DNA from: Erysipelotrichaceae bacterium
GTDB lineage: Bacteria > Bacillota_I > Bacilli_A > Erysipelotrichales > Coprobacillaceae
Assembly: GCA_028698185.1 (NCBI GenBank)
Contig: JAQVDW010000028.1
Location: 1 to 22,612 of the forward strand
Length of the DNA stretch: 22,612 nt
Direction: 5' to 3'
Part shown: positions 1 through 13,280 of the stretch, in pieces
How positions within the stretch are numbered: position 1 is the first letter of the stretch
Layout of the letters: each line of letters begins with the position of its first letter
The notes under the pieces: generated by a model
Databases searched by the model: none
Told to the model about the DNA's origin: nothing
What the model saw: only the letters and a program-made list of their open reading frames with translations
Position numbers and translations under genes: made by a program

Positions 1-1070
1 CCCAAGGCGAATTCGACGTTTTCAATATTGTTGACTTTGGCATTGTTTTTGGCGTCATCGATAGCCGCGGCCACGATTTCAACCCCATAAGCCTTTTTGA
101 CGTGTTTTGCCAGTGACAGGGTGATAGTCCCAATGCCACAATAAGCATCAAGTACGACATCATCTTTGGTTATTGAACTGCGTTCAATCGCGGTCTGATA
201 GAGCTTTTCCACCTGGATTGGATTAACCTGGTAGAATGACTTTGCCGAGATGTTGAACAGGTTCCCTAGAAGGTAATCCTGGATGTAACCAGGACCATAA
301 ACTACCGTTTCTTCATCCCCCAAGATCACGTTGTCTTTGCGCGGATTATAATTGTGGACAATAGTTTTTAACTCCGGGAATTCCTTAGTCAGGATGGCAA
401 CCATCTTGTCAAGGTCCCTGATCTTTCTTTTGAAGCTGATTAAGACGAGCATCAGCTCATCGGTATGATAGCCATGCTTGGTCAGGATATGTTTGATGTT
501 TCCGGTATGGAGCTCCTTGTCATAAGGATTGATCTTGAGCTGTTCCATCAGTTCTACAACCCGGTTGACCAATTTGTTCGATTTGACATTCTGGATGTCG
601 CATGATCTGGTCGGAACAATCTCATTGGTCTTGGCTTTGTAGAACCCTGCCACGACATGATTGTTTTTCATGCCCACTGGCATCTGGACTTTGTTGCGGT
701 AATTCCATGGGTCTTCCATCATCTCACATTCGTTGACATGGACATCGCAGTCACCAAGACGAGTCAGGGCATCCTTGACCCTTTTGGTCTTGAATTCCTG
801 TTGCCCGTTGGAACTCAAATGTTGCAATGAACATCCGCCGCACTGCTTGTAGACAGGGCACCGGGGCTCCTGGCGATGTTTGGACGGGATGGTCAGCTCG
901 ATCAGCCGTCCCACCCCATAGTTTTTTAGCATCTTTATGACTTTGATATTGCCGGTTTCATTGATAAGCATACCCGGCACAAAGTACGTGAAGTTCTCAT
1001 GCTTTACGACCCCGCGGCCGTCATGAGTCAAATCAGAGCAGGTACCAATAAAATAATCGTTTTTCTTCAT
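1..1070 (-). CDS. rlmD: 23S rRNA (uracil-C5)-methyltransferase, RlmD/RumA (TrmA) family; C-terminus runs off the window
   Basis: Absent from the ORF track because it is open at the window edge. Reverse-strand ATG at 1070-1068 follows a GGGAGA RBS. Translation MKKNDYFIGTCSDLTHDGRGVVKHENF... has a TRAM-like N-terminus. It carries the CPVYKQCGGCSLQH Fe-S cysteine cluster and a DAYCGIGT SAM-binding motif encoded at about 126-149. Confidence 0.85.
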   Translation of the reverse strand, partial: MKKNDYFIGTCSDLTHDGRGVVKHENFTYFVPGMLINETGNIKVIKMLKNYGVGRLIELTIPSKHRQEPRCPVYKQCGGCSLQHLSSNGQQEFKTKRVKDALTRLGDCDVHVNECEMMEDPWNYRNKVQMPVGMKNNHVVAGFYKAKTNEIVPTRSCDIQNVKSNKLVNRVVELMEQLKINPYDKELHTGNIKHILTKHGYHTDELMLVLISFKRKIRDLDKMVAILTKEFPELKTIVHNYNPRKDNVILGDEETVVYGPGYIQDYLLGNLFNISAKSFYQVNPIQVEKLYQTAIERSSITKDDVVLDAYCGIGTITLSLAKHVKKAYGVEIVAAAIDDAKNNAKVNNIENVEFAL

Positions 1071-1088
1071 TAATTTCTCCCACTGTGA

Positions 1089-1772
1089 TTATTGTTCGTT
1101 TGTGGCATCAGTCAGGACGTCATCAGTTGTTGCCTGATCTTTGACTGAGGCATAAGTCCATGAAATAGCGTCGAGCTTTGGCATTTTGGTTCCAAAGATT
1201 GGGAAATCCTCGCTGTTTGTAGTTGTCAGCATGAAATCGACATTGTATTGGCCACGGCCGTCATACTCGCCTAAAAGGACCGACCATGACGAACCATCCG
1301 CCGCTTCATATCCAGCAGCATCATCAATCATTACCAGGGTCTGTTTTGCCAGGCTGGTAGCCGTATCTTTGACAGTCCCTTCGACAAAATCGATATTGAT
1401 CTTGATGATGCGACAGTCAACGCTGATTGCCACATCATTGATGCTGACGTCTTCTTCCATGGCTGTTTCCACCGAGTCGAAAATGGCGGTATCGAGACTC
1501 ACCAAAGAAGCGCAGCGGTCGCCATAAACCGGACCGTCGTTTTTCCCGGAACCGATCAGCCAGGCAGCAAAAGCCACGATAACAACCATTATGACAAGGA
1601 CAACAACCCCAATTTTCTTAAGATCGTTTTTGCGCATGTTTTTCAATTTCATCTTTTCTTCCTTATCGGCATCCAATTTCAAAGTGGTAACACCATCTAT
1701 TTCTTTTTCTTCTTTTATTTCATCCAGCTCCAATTTATCTTCATTGGAACCGGGTTTATTGATTTTAACCAT
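1089..1772 (-). CDS. Hypothetical bitopic membrane protein: charged N-terminal tail, one TM helix, acidic ~150-aa C-terminal domain
   Basis: 227-aa ORF. ATG at 1772 follows an AGAGGTGA RBS. K/E-rich residues 1-52 precede the single hydrophobic segment IGVVVLVIMVVIVAFAAWLIG. The remainder is D/E/T-rich with two Cys. I recognise no family. Confidence 0.6.
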   Translation of the reverse strand: MVKINKPGSNEDKLELDEIKEEKEIDGVTTLKLDADKEEKMKLKNMRKNDLKKIGVVVLVIMVVIVAFAAWLIGSGKNDGPVYGDRCASLVSLDTAIFDSVETAMEEDVSINDVAISVDCRIIKINIDFVEGTVKDTATSLAKQTLVMIDDAAGYEAADGSSWSVLLGEYDGRGQYNVDFMLTTTNSEDFPIFGTKMPKLDAISWTYASVKDQATTDDVLTDATNEQ

Positions 1773-1791
1773 AATTTCACCTCTAAGTGCA

Positions 1792-1820
1792 ATTGTAGCA
1801 AATAATTTCCTATTTGTACA
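1792..1820 (-). promoter_or_regulatory. Candidate internal sigma-A promoter (TGTACA-17-TACAAT) in the gatB / 227-aa gene gap
   Basis: On the minus strand, TGTACA (1820-1815), a 17-nt spacer and TACAAT (1797-1792) lie about 20 nt upstream of the ATG at 1772. The -35 matches consensus at only 4 of 6 positions. Confidence 0.3.
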
Positions 1821-3251
1821 CTAGCAACGCGCTTTTAACAGCTCGACCACCAGTTTGTTGGCGACAGCCGGATTCGCCTGTCCGTTGGTAGCTTTCATCA
1901 GCTGACCGACAATGAAGCCGACAGCGCGGTTTTTACCGTTCTTGTAATCCTCGATCGATTGAGGATTGCCATCAAGGATTTCATTGATATATCCGCTCAA
2001 CACTTCAACCGAAGAAATCTGTTTCATGTTGCGCTCTTCGATGATCACATTCGGGTCCTGCCCCTCTTCAATCGTGATGGTGAACACTTCCTTGGCCTGT
2101 TTCGATGAAATCGTCCCCTCGTTGATTAAGGTGATCAGTGCTGCCAGGTTGACTGGAGTCAGTCTAGTCTGGTCGATGGTAAGTTTTGATTTGTTCAGGT
2201 ATGCCGCCACTTCGCCTAGAAGCCAGTTGGCAACCTGTTTGTACTGGTCGGTATGCTTCACCGTATTGTTGAAGAAATCCGCAACCGGTTTTGTCTGCAC
2301 CAGGATCAGCGCATCGGTCTTGGGAATCTGATACTCGTTGACATAACGTTTCACTAGCACATCAGGCATTTCCGGCAGATTGGCCTTTATTGATTCGACC
2401 CAGGCATGGTCAAGCCGGATTGGCAAGATGTTCGGTTCGGGATAGTATTTGTAGTCGACCGCATCACCCTTGGCCCGCATCACGACCGTCTGCTTGAGGT
2501 CTTCGTCGAAGCGCATTGTATTCTGGGTGACCTGATTGCCGCTAAGGATTATTTTCTTTTGGCGGGCCACTTCGTATTCAATCGCCTTTTGGACATTGGA
2601 GATCGAGTTCAGGTTCTTGATCTCGCAACGGGTCCCGAAACGTTGTGAACCGAATGGCCGGATTGAGACATTGACGTCGCAACGCATCGACCCTTCTTCC
2701 ATCTTGGCATCGGAAACATCTGTGAAAAGCAGGATCTGGCGCAGCCGCTCAAGATAGGCAGCCGCCCCCGCTGCCGAACGGATTGTCGGTCTGGTGACAA
2801 TCTCGATCAGCGGGATTCCCGAACGGTTGTAGTCGATCAGGGAATAGTCGTCGAAGTGGAACTGCTTGGCCGTATCCTCTTCCATGTGGAGCCGCTCGAT
2901 TTCCACAACTTCCACCTGACCGTCGAATTCGATTTCCAAGGCGCCATTACGTCCTATCGGGCGGCGATCCTGGGTTATCTGGAACCCTTTTGGCAGGTCG
3001 GAATAGTAGTAGTTTTTCCGGTCGAAGACAACCAGCTCATCGATGTCCATGTTCAAAGCATGACATACCCGCAGGGCATATTCGACTCCGGACTTGTTGA
3101 GCACCGGCATCGCCCCGGTCATTCCGAGATCGACGATGTTGACCTTGGTGTTGACCTCTTCCCCGAAGGAAACAGGAGCCGCGGAAAACATTTTTGATTT
3201 TGTTTTTAATTCGGTATGGACCTCTAATCCAATTACAACTTCAAAGTTCAT
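1821..3251 (-). CDS. gatB: Asp-tRNA(Asn)/Glu-tRNA(Gln) amidotransferase subunit B
   Basis: The ORF track extends to 3335, but the conserved N-terminus MNFEVVIGLEVHTELKT starts at ATG 3251, 1 nt after the gatA stop. The GGGAGG RBS lies inside the gatA 3' end. A GatB/YqeY-type C-terminal tail is present. Confidence 0.95.
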   Translation of the reverse strand: MNFEVVIGLEVHTELKTKSKMFSAAPVSFGEEVNTKVNIVDLGMTGAMPVLNKSGVEYALRVCHALNMDIDELVVFDRKNYYYSDLPKGFQITQDRRPIGRNGALEIEFDGQVEVVEIERLHMEEDTAKQFHFDDYSLIDYNRSGIPLIEIVTRPTIRSAAGAAAYLERLRQILLFTDVSDAKMEEGSMRCDVNVSIRPFGSQRFGTRCEIKNLNSISNVQKAIEYEVARQKKIILSGNQVTQNTMRFDEDLKQTVVMRAKGDAVDYKYYPEPNILPIRLDHAWVESIKANLPEMPDVLVKRYVNEYQIPKTDALILVQTKPVADFFNNTVKHTDQYKQVANWLLGEVAAYLNKSKLTIDQTRLTPVNLAALITLINEGTISSKQAKEVFTITIEEGQDPNVIIEERNMKQISSVEVLSGYINEILDGNPQSIEDYKNGKNRAVGFIVGQLMKATNGQANPAVANKLVVELLKARC

Positions 3252-3252
3252 T

Positions 3253-4692
3253 TTAGTCCTCCCTTTTGTATCTGTCTTTGAAATCCAGAACCTGTTCCAG
3301 GGCATAAGCCACATCGAGGACTGTCTGTTCTTCAAAGATTCTTCCGGTTATGTTAAGCCCGATTGGCATTCCATCAACCATTCCCACCGGCATGGTCAAA
3401 GATGGATTGCCTCCGAAATTGGCCAGGGCCAGGTAGTTTTCCAGGATGATATATTCATCCGAGAGCATGTCGTCGCTGGCTTCCGCCACTTTTGGAGCGA
3501 TCTGGCCGCTGTTTGGAGCGATGATGACATCGGCATTTTTGAAGATCTCGTCCATCTCTTGCACGATCAGACGGCGCACCCTTTGGGCCTGTCTGAACAT
3601 TTTTTCCTGGTTTTCAGTAGCCAAAGCCAGGTTGCCAAGGATGAAGCGGCGTTTGATATGGTCACCGAACCCGTTGCTGCGGGAGTTGATCATGATTTCG
3701 TCAACCGATTCGCCCGGCTGGCGGTTGCCGTACTTGATCCCGTCAAGACAGGCGTGGTTGCTGGTAGCCTCGGAATTGGCGATGATCTTGTAAACCGGCA
3801 AAATTGCGCGGGCCAGTTCCTGGTCAATAGTCACTTCGATCACTTTTGCTCCCAGTTCCTTGAACTTGGCAACCATCTCTTCGAAGTTGGCTTTGATCTT
3901 CTCGTTTCTCACTTCATTGGACACGGTTGTCAACACCGCAATTGTCCTCTTTGCCAGATTCGGGTTCAAATCAGCCAAATAGTCAGGCACTTCATTGAAC
4001 GACGAAGTCATATCGCGGTTGTCGCGACCGGCCAGTTCCCTGGTGACAATGGCCATGTCACGCACATTGCGGGTGAAGATTCCCACCGCATCGAGACTTG
4101 ATGCATAAGGGATGATACCGTAGCGTGATATCCTTCCCCAGGTCGGCTTGAAACCGTAGACACCGCATAGACCGGCCGGCTTGCGGACCGAATCCCCGGT
4201 GTCCGACCCCATCGCAAATGGCACCAGGCCGCTGGCAACACATGCCGCCGAACCGCCTGATGAACCACCCGAAATTCTCGAAGTGTCCCAAGGGTTCAAT
4301 ACCGGACCGGTAAGGGCCGACTTGTTTGTCCCGCCCATCGCCAATTCGTCCATGCTCGCTTTTCCGATCAGGGCCATATTGGCTTTTTCAAGCGACTCGT
4401 ATACCGCTGCCGAATAGACCGGAACATAATCCTCAAGCATTCTCGAGCTTGCGGTCGTCAGGATCCCCTTGGTGCTGTAGTTATCCTTCAATACCCCGGG
4501 AATCTTATTGAGCATTGATCCGCTCTCTTTTTCCAGGGCCTTGAATGCCTCTTCCCTGGTGATTGTGACCATGCAGTTGAGCCGTTTTTGCTGGATGGCG
4601 ACTTCCTCGAACAGTTCTTCATAGTACTGTTTGAGATCGATTTCATTGTTTTTGATTTTCGCTGCCAGCTGTTCGATTGTATATGTTTCCAT
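3253..4692 (-). CDS. gatA: Glu-tRNA(Gln) amidotransferase subunit A (amidase signature family)
   Basis: 479 aa. Amidase signature GGSSGGSAACVASG plus MGSDTGDSVRKPA. The start codon shares 1 nt with the gatC stop (TAATG). Confidence 0.96.
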   Translation of the reverse strand: METYTIEQLAAKIKNNEIDLKQYYEELFEEVAIQQKRLNCMVTITREEAFKALEKESGSMLNKIPGVLKDNYSTKGILTTASSRMLEDYVPVYSAAVYESLEKANMALIGKASMDELAMGGTNKSALTGPVLNPWDTSRISGGSSGGSAACVASGLVPFAMGSDTGDSVRKPAGLCGVYGFKPTWGRISRYGIIPYASSLDAVGIFTRNVRDMAIVTRELAGRDNRDMTSSFNEVPDYLADLNPNLAKRTIAVLTTVSNEVRNEKIKANFEEMVAKFKELGAKVIEVTIDQELARAILPVYKIIANSEATSNHACLDGIKYGNRQPGESVDEIMINSRSNGFGDHIKRRFILGNLALATENQEKMFRQAQRVRRLIVQEMDEIFKNADVIIAPNSGQIAPKVAEASDDMLSDEYIILENYLALANFGGNPSLTMPVGMVDGMPIGLNITGRIFEEQTVLDVAYALEQVLDFKDRYKRED

Positions 4693-4979
4693 TATCCCAC
4701 CACCTTTGGCACTTTGACTTGATTTTGCATGACTTCCTTGGCGTTTTTCAAGGCGTCATCGCGACTGATGACATCGTTGGGTTCGTCCTCACGCATGTAA
4801 GTAGTCTCGATGTCGTAAGGGTAAGCCATGATGGCCACACCTGTCGTATCTATCTTTTCGAGCACCTGAACGTGGTGCATGAAAACCTCATATTCATCAA
4901 CCAGGGCCGGCATCTGCTCGTCAGAGATGTCGAACATCGTCTTTAGCCCCAGTTCCTTAAGCATTGCTTCTTTATCCAT
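4692..4979 (-). CDS. gatC: Glu-tRNA(Gln) amidotransferase subunit C
   Basis: The ORF track starts at a GTG (4994). ATG 4979 follows an AAAGAGGT RBS and gives a 95-aa product of typical GatC size. The position directly upstream of gatA-gatB fits gatC. Confidence 0.85.
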   Translation of the reverse strand: MDKEAMLKELGLKTMFDISDEQMPALVDEYEVFMHHVQVLEKIDTTGVAIMAYPYDIETTYMREDEPNDVISRDDALKNAKEVMQNQVKVPKVVG

Positions 4980-4990
4980 ATTTACCTCTT

Positions 4991-6067
4991 TCACACTAAC
5001 ATTATTGCTTCGCCACTTTTGTTGGCGGCCTTATTTATCACTGCTATCTGTTCATCCTGGGAAGAAACCATGATGGTTACCGGATAATCAAGAAGATAGT
5101 CATCCGCGGCTTCCTTGGCAGTTGAAACAAGATAGATCATTTCCGTATATGTCTTGACATTGATGTTAACGTCAATCGTGAACTTCACCAGGCTGTTGGA
5201 GCTGTAGGTGCCTTCCCCGATGATTCCCACCGCCTCATAGGCTTTGTCCTTGATTTCTTTTTTGAAAAGCGAGAAGGCGTCATTGAGGTTGTAGTCGAGC
5301 TCACTGGCCGCGGTTGATGCAAACAACACGGTTATATCGTCAACTTCCTCGATCGTACCGATACCGCCGGACTCTTCGACGCTTTTAAGGATATAGCCGC
5401 CATTATAGTCGTTGACACTCGTATCGGTCGCCAGGTAGACGTAGATGTTGACTGGAACATCCTTGAAGTCCTCAAGCGATTTTACATATTCGTACATGGT
5501 CGGGATGATTTCGCGCGAATAATCGTGAATCGTTGTCGATGTCATCTGTGAGTCAAGGCGGTTGTTGTTTTCATCCCGGGGATCGACAACTATCGCGAAA
5601 CTGGCCCCGGCCAGATTGAAATCGCCGCCGGATTTCTGGTAGAAATCCTGTTCATAGATGGTCGAAACCATGATCGGATTGGCCACCCCTTCAATCGTCG
5701 TCCCTCGCTGGGGCTGGAGGGTGTGGGGATATTCTTCCGGATCGCTTGAACGGCGCAACAGCGCCGTCAAATCGTCGCTGGTCAGCAGGTTCCCGTCGGC
5801 AAGGTAGTAGCTGTCGGTCGAGAACACCCTGGAACTGAGCTGTTGGAGACCGTTGCCGATCTTGACAAAATCCACCGTCGAGTAGAACGAGGTGTAGTAG
5901 CTTGTCCTGATGTTGCTCGCCCCGAAATCGACAATCGAGTAGAAACTCGAATCGAGCTCGTTGCTGGGAGCGACATTGGTCTGGGTCTGGTCGTCAACCG
6001 TGTCCACTGCCTGGTTGCAGCCCGTTACGGTCAACATCAAAATCATCATAATAATTATCTTTTTCAT
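4991..6067 (-). CDS. camS: CamS-family (YerH-like) lipoprotein, the sex-pheromone-precursor lipoprotein family
   Basis: Signal peptide MKKIIIMMILMLTVTG followed by the lipobox Cys. The mature part carries FSTDSYYLADGNLLTSDDL...NPIMVSTIYEQDFYQKSGG...AGASFAIVVDP, resembling CamS/YerH. It sits in the classic Bacilli slot between ligA and gatC. ATG 6067 is preferred over the track's GTG 6079. Confidence 0.72.
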   Translation of the reverse strand: MKKIIIMMILMLTVTGCNQAVDTVDDQTQTNVAPSNELDSSFYSIVDFGASNIRTSYYTSFYSTVDFVKIGNGLQQLSSRVFSTDSYYLADGNLLTSDDLTALLRRSSDPEEYPHTLQPQRGTTIEGVANPIMVSTIYEQDFYQKSGGDFNLAGASFAIVVDPRDENNNRLDSQMTSTTIHDYSREIIPTMYEYVKSLEDFKDVPVNIYVYLATDTSVNDYNGGYILKSVEESGGIGTIEEVDDITVLFASTAASELDYNLNDAFSLFKKEIKDKAYEAVGIIGEGTYSSNSLVKFTIDVNINVKTYTEMIYLVSTAKEAADDYLLDYPVTIMVSSQDEQIAVINKAANKSGEAIMLV

Positions 6068-6068
6068 C

Positions 6069-8118
<2,050 letters not shown>

Positions 8119-8150
8119 CCTTATTTTCGATTGTTCCCCGGCTTGGACAA

Positions 8151-8195
8151 AGAAAAAAAGCTTCACCAAAACTTCGAAAAGTTTCGGCAAGCTTC
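8151..8195 (-). terminator. Rho-independent terminator after pcrA
   Basis: The minus strand reads GAAGCTTGCCGAAACTT-TTCG-AAGTTTTGGTGAAGCTT followed by TTTTTTT. This is a long imperfect hairpin with G-U pairs and one bulge, starting at the pcrA TAG stop. Confidence 0.65.
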
Positions 8196-10324
8196 TAGTT
8201 TAACAACAACTTGAGCGACTTGTGGTCGGCCATGAGAACCTTGATGCCCACGTTAGCCTCGAAGGCCACGTGCAGGGTCGAACCGTCGATTTTGATGACG
8301 ACCCCTTTGCCAAAGATGTCATGCATGAGCAGGTCGCCCACGTGCCAGTCGATGTTGTTGGTGGCCTCCTCTTTTTTAGGGAAAAGGTCGTTCACCACAA
8401 ACCGGGGCTTGATCCCCTTGCGCTCGATTCCGCTTTCGCCGATTTCATGGATAAACCGGGAACCGGTCTTGGGCGAGTTGGTGATGAAATTGTAGCCTTC
8501 GCTGTCGGTTAGATAAAGCCTTTTTTTAGCCCGGGTGAATGCCACGTAAGCCAATCGGCGTTCCTCTTCGAGTCCGTCATCACCCTCCTGGGATATGGTC
8601 CGATATGAAGGGAACACTCCTTCCGACAGGCCGGAAACGAAAACGTAATCGAATTCCAGACCCTTGGCCATGTGGATCGACATCAAGGAAACATACTCCT
8701 TGGCCATTTCGGCATTGTTGTCGGTGAAAAGGGCGATGTCTTGGAGGTAGTTCTCGAAAGTAGCGATTTCGGGATTGTCTTGCTGGTATTGCTCGATCGA
8801 GCGCTGCAATTCATGGATGTTGTCGATCCGATTTTCCTCCAGGTCGCCAGTGAGCATCTCCATGTAGCCGACATCCTCAAGGAGTTCCTCGAAGACTGCC
8901 GCAAGGGATTTTGATGACTGGCGGGCTTTTTCCAAAGCCATCACCATCTGTTTCAGGCCCTTTTTCGACTTTGCCGACAGTCGGATTTCCTGGTTGTGGA
9001 AACAGATAGCCTCATACTGGGAAACCTGGTTGTTCAAGGCGCAAAGCTGGATTGACTCCAAAGTCTTCTGTCCGATGCCTCTGGCTGGGACATTCGCAAT
9101 TCGTTCGAAAGCCAGGTCATCCTGGTTGACAAGCAAGCGCAGGTAACTTAAGGCATCCTTGATTTCCTTGCGATTGAAGAATTTCAAGCCCCCGAAGATC
9201 CGATAATCGATTGCCCGGCGAATCAGGGCCTGTTCGATTGGCCGGGACAGGTAATTGGCCCGGTAAAGAATCGCAAAATCGCTGTAGTTGACCCCATCGA
9301 CCTCATGGATCAGTCTTTCGATCTGGTCACAGATGTATTCAGCTTCCTTTTCCTCGTTGATAGCCGTATAGGAAATGACGTTCGCCCCCTCCTCAGCCCT
9401 GGTAAAAAGCTCCTTTTCAAGCCGGTTGGCATTGTTTTTGATCAGCTCATTGGAAGCGTTGAGGATATTCTGGGTGGAACGGTAATTCTCATTAAGATAG
9501 ATGGTTTTGCAGGGTGCGAAATCCTGGGGAAAGTCAAGAATATAATTGACGTTGGCCCCGCGGAAGCTGTAGATCGTCTGGTCGGGATCACCGACCACGC
9601 AGATTACCGCTTTTTTGGAAAGCAGCTTGACCAGGCGGTACTCGTAGTCGCCCACGTCCTGGAACTCGTCGACATGGATGTAGTCATACTTTTGCTGCCA
9701 TCTGTCCAGGACATAATCGTAATTCTCCAAGATGTAAGTCGCCTTGAGAATCAGGTCGTCGAAATCGAGCATGAAGTGTTTTTGCTTGTAAGCCTCATAC
9801 TCCTGGTAAATCAGGGCCTTGCGCCTTTCGCTGTCGATTCCCTCATAAAGACGCAGCGCCTTCTGGGGATCGATGTCGCTCATCTTGTTGACCGAGATGA
9901 AGTTGATGGCACTTTTGATGCGGATCGCCTTCAGGTCGATATTGAGTTTCTGGTAGACCTTCTTGAGCAACGCCTTCTGGTCTTCCTCGTCCATGATGAC
10001 AAAATTGCCCGGGTAATTGAGGACGTTGATGTGCTGGCGCAGCAGGCGCACGCAAAACGAGTGGATGGTCGAGATGGTGCACTGATGGGCCTTGATGCCC
10101 ACAACCTTCTCGATGCGCTCCTTCATTTCGTTGGCTGCCTTGTTGGTGAAGGTGATCGCCAGGATCCGCCGGGGATCGATGCCAAGGTCTTCAATCAGAT
10201 AGGCGATGCGGTAAGTCACCACCCGGGTTTTACCTGAACCCGCCCCGGCGATGATCCGCAGATTTTCATCGATGAAAGTCGCCCCGGCAAGCTGCTGGGG
10301 ATTGAGCAGTTGTTCTAAATCCAA
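8195..10324 (-). CDS. pcrA: ATP-dependent DNA helicase PcrA (UvrD/Rep superfamily 1)
   Basis: 709 aa. Walker A AGAGSGKT, DEFQD motif II, and a C-terminal Tudor-like tail WHVGDLLMHDIFGKGVV. TTG start at 10324-10322 lies 7 nt downstream of AAGGAGG (10332-10338). Confidence 0.95.
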   Translation of the reverse strand: MDLEQLLNPQQLAGATFIDENLRIIAGAGSGKTRVVTYRIAYLIEDLGIDPRRILAITFTNKAANEMKERIEKVVGIKAHQCTISTIHSFCVRLLRQHINVLNYPGNFVIMDEEDQKALLKKVYQKLNIDLKAIRIKSAINFISVNKMSDIDPQKALRLYEGIDSERRKALIYQEYEAYKQKHFMLDFDDLILKATYILENYDYVLDRWQQKYDYIHVDEFQDVGDYEYRLVKLLSKKAVICVVGDPDQTIYSFRGANVNYILDFPQDFAPCKTIYLNENYRSTQNILNASNELIKNNANRLEKELFTRAEEGANVISYTAINEEKEAEYICDQIERLIHEVDGVNYSDFAILYRANYLSRPIEQALIRRAIDYRIFGGLKFFNRKEIKDALSYLRLLVNQDDLAFERIANVPARGIGQKTLESIQLCALNNQVSQYEAICFHNQEIRLSAKSKKGLKQMVMALEKARQSSKSLAAVFEELLEDVGYMEMLTGDLEENRIDNIHELQRSIEQYQQDNPEIATFENYLQDIALFTDNNAEMAKEYVSLMSIHMAKGLEFDYVFVSGLSEGVFPSYRTISQEGDDGLEEERRLAYVAFTRAKKRLYLTDSEGYNFITNSPKTGSRFIHEIGESGIERKGIKPRFVVNDLFPKKEEATNNIDWHVGDLLMHDIFGKGVVIKIDGSTLHVAFEANVGIKVLMADHKSLKLLLN

Positions 10325-10336
10325 ATAACCGCCTCC

Positions 10337-12005
<1,669 letters not shown>

Positions 12006-13280
12006 CTAATTCTCTCCTTGTAAATTGTGAACTTTGCCATCGATGATATTGTATACCACCAGCCCCCAGGCCTTGGTATCCAAAAATGGCGTATTGATTG
12101 ATTTGGACTTGATTGACTCCTTGGTAATTGTGAATTCCTTGTCCAGATCGATAACATTGAAGTTGGCTTTGGCCCCGACCTGCAATTCGTGATCGAGACG
12201 CAGGACGCGCGCCGGGTTCGAGCTCATGGCATCGAGGACTGTCTCCAGTTTGACCAGTCCCTTTTTCACCAGATAGGTGTAACAAAGACTGAATGCATGC
12301 TGGGAACCGATGATCCCAAAAGGGGCTTTGTCGATGGCCACCGACTTTTCCTCGACGCTGTGGGGCGCATGGTCGGTCGAGATGCAGGTTACAACCCCAT
12401 CATTGAGCGCCCCGATCAGTGCGGCCACATCTTCTTTGGAGCGCAGCGGCGGATTCATCTTGAAATTAGGGTTGTCCTTCTGGACATCCTCGTCGCAAAG
12501 GATAAGGTGATGCGGGCACACTTCCCCGCTGATCAGGTCATTATGATATTTTTTCAGACATTCGATTGTCTCGCGAGTCGAGATATGGCAAATGTGATAA
12601 CGGTTCTTGATCCGGTCGGCCATCACCAGGTCACGGCAGGCCTGATTGGATTCGGATGCGTTGTTGATCCCTACCAGGTCCAGCTCTTGACTGACATGGG
12701 ACAGGTTGATCGATCCGCCGGTCACCAATTCAGCCTCGTCTTCGCAGTGGGCCACGATCAGGCTGTCGTATTTTTTGGCTTCCTGCATCGCCTCTTTCAT
12801 CATCTCAGCATCTTGAACCCCCCGGCCATCGTCGGAAAAACCGACGATTATCTTGCTTGAGAGATTGGCTTCAAAGTCAACGAGATCTTTTCCAGCCAGG
12901 TTCTTCGTGATCGCGCTGTAAGAGAAAGCGTGGACCACAGCCTCGTTTTCGATGATGTTTTCCAATCTGGCAATCGTATCTGCATCATCCATCACCGGAT
13001 TGGTGTTGGCCATGGCCACCACATGCGAATATCCGCCATACAATGCCGCCAGGGTTCCGGTCGCCACTGTTTCCTTGTGTTCGTAGCCAGGCTGGCGCAA
13101 GTGGACATGCAAATCGACAAAGCCAAGCGACACCAGCTTGCCTTCGATGTCGATGATCGTTCCCTGTTGCCCTATTTCCGGGGCGATTTCGATGATCCTC
13201 TCACCTTCGACCAGGATATCGAGTTTTTGGATTTTTCCCTGGTAATACACATTACCGTTTTTAAAAAGTTTCTTATTCAT
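12006..13280 (-). CDS. pyrC: Dihydroorotase
   Basis: 424 aa. Metal-binding DLHVHLRQPG and TDHAPH motifs. The stop abuts the pyrK ATG (TAGATG). Confidence 0.94.
   Translation of the reverse strand: MNKKLFKNGNVYYQGKIQKLDILVEGERIIEIAPEIGQQGTIIDIEGKLVSLGFVDLHVHLRQPGYEHKETVATGTLAALYGGYSHVVAMANTNPVMDDADTIARLENIIENEAVVHAFSYSAITKNLAGKDLVDFEANLSSKIIVGFSDDGRGVQDAEMMKEAMQEAKKYDSLIVAHCEDEAELVTGGSINLSHVSQELDLVGINNASESNQACRDLVMADRIKNRYHICHISTRETIECLKKYHNDLISGEVCPHHLILCDEDVQKDNPNFKMNPPLRSKEDVAALIGALNDGVVTCISTDHAPHSVEEKSVAIDKAPFGIIGSQHAFSLCYTYLVKKGLVKLETVLDAMSSNPARVLRLDHELQVGAKANFNVIDLDKEFTITKESIKSKSINTPFLDTKAWGLVVYNIIDGKVHNLQGEN

Noticed and set aside
3252-3335. N-terminal extensions in the ORF track: gatB to 3335, gatC to 4994, camS-like to 6079, YlbF-like to 15596, UPF0223 to 17048, permease to 19230, def from 19249 and Dabb to 20371.
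   Set aside because: The extensions start at GTG or TTG codons without an RBS, overlap the upstream gene or the predicted promoter, and add non-conserved residues. Downstream starts with good Shine-Dalgarno sequences restore canonical N-termini.
3094-4101. Very long antisense ORFs opposite real genes: 335 aa opposite gatA/gatB here, plus 9305-10237 (310 aa, opposite pcrA), 6645-7373 (242 aa, opposite ligA) and 12189-12860 (223 aa, opposite pyrC).
   Set aside because: They have no RBS, their composition is low-complexity and rich in V/D/H/F/L, and I recognise no motif. Each lies opposite a gene with unmistakable conserved motifs. Such shadow ORFs are expected when the sense strand avoids TTA, CTA and TCA codons.
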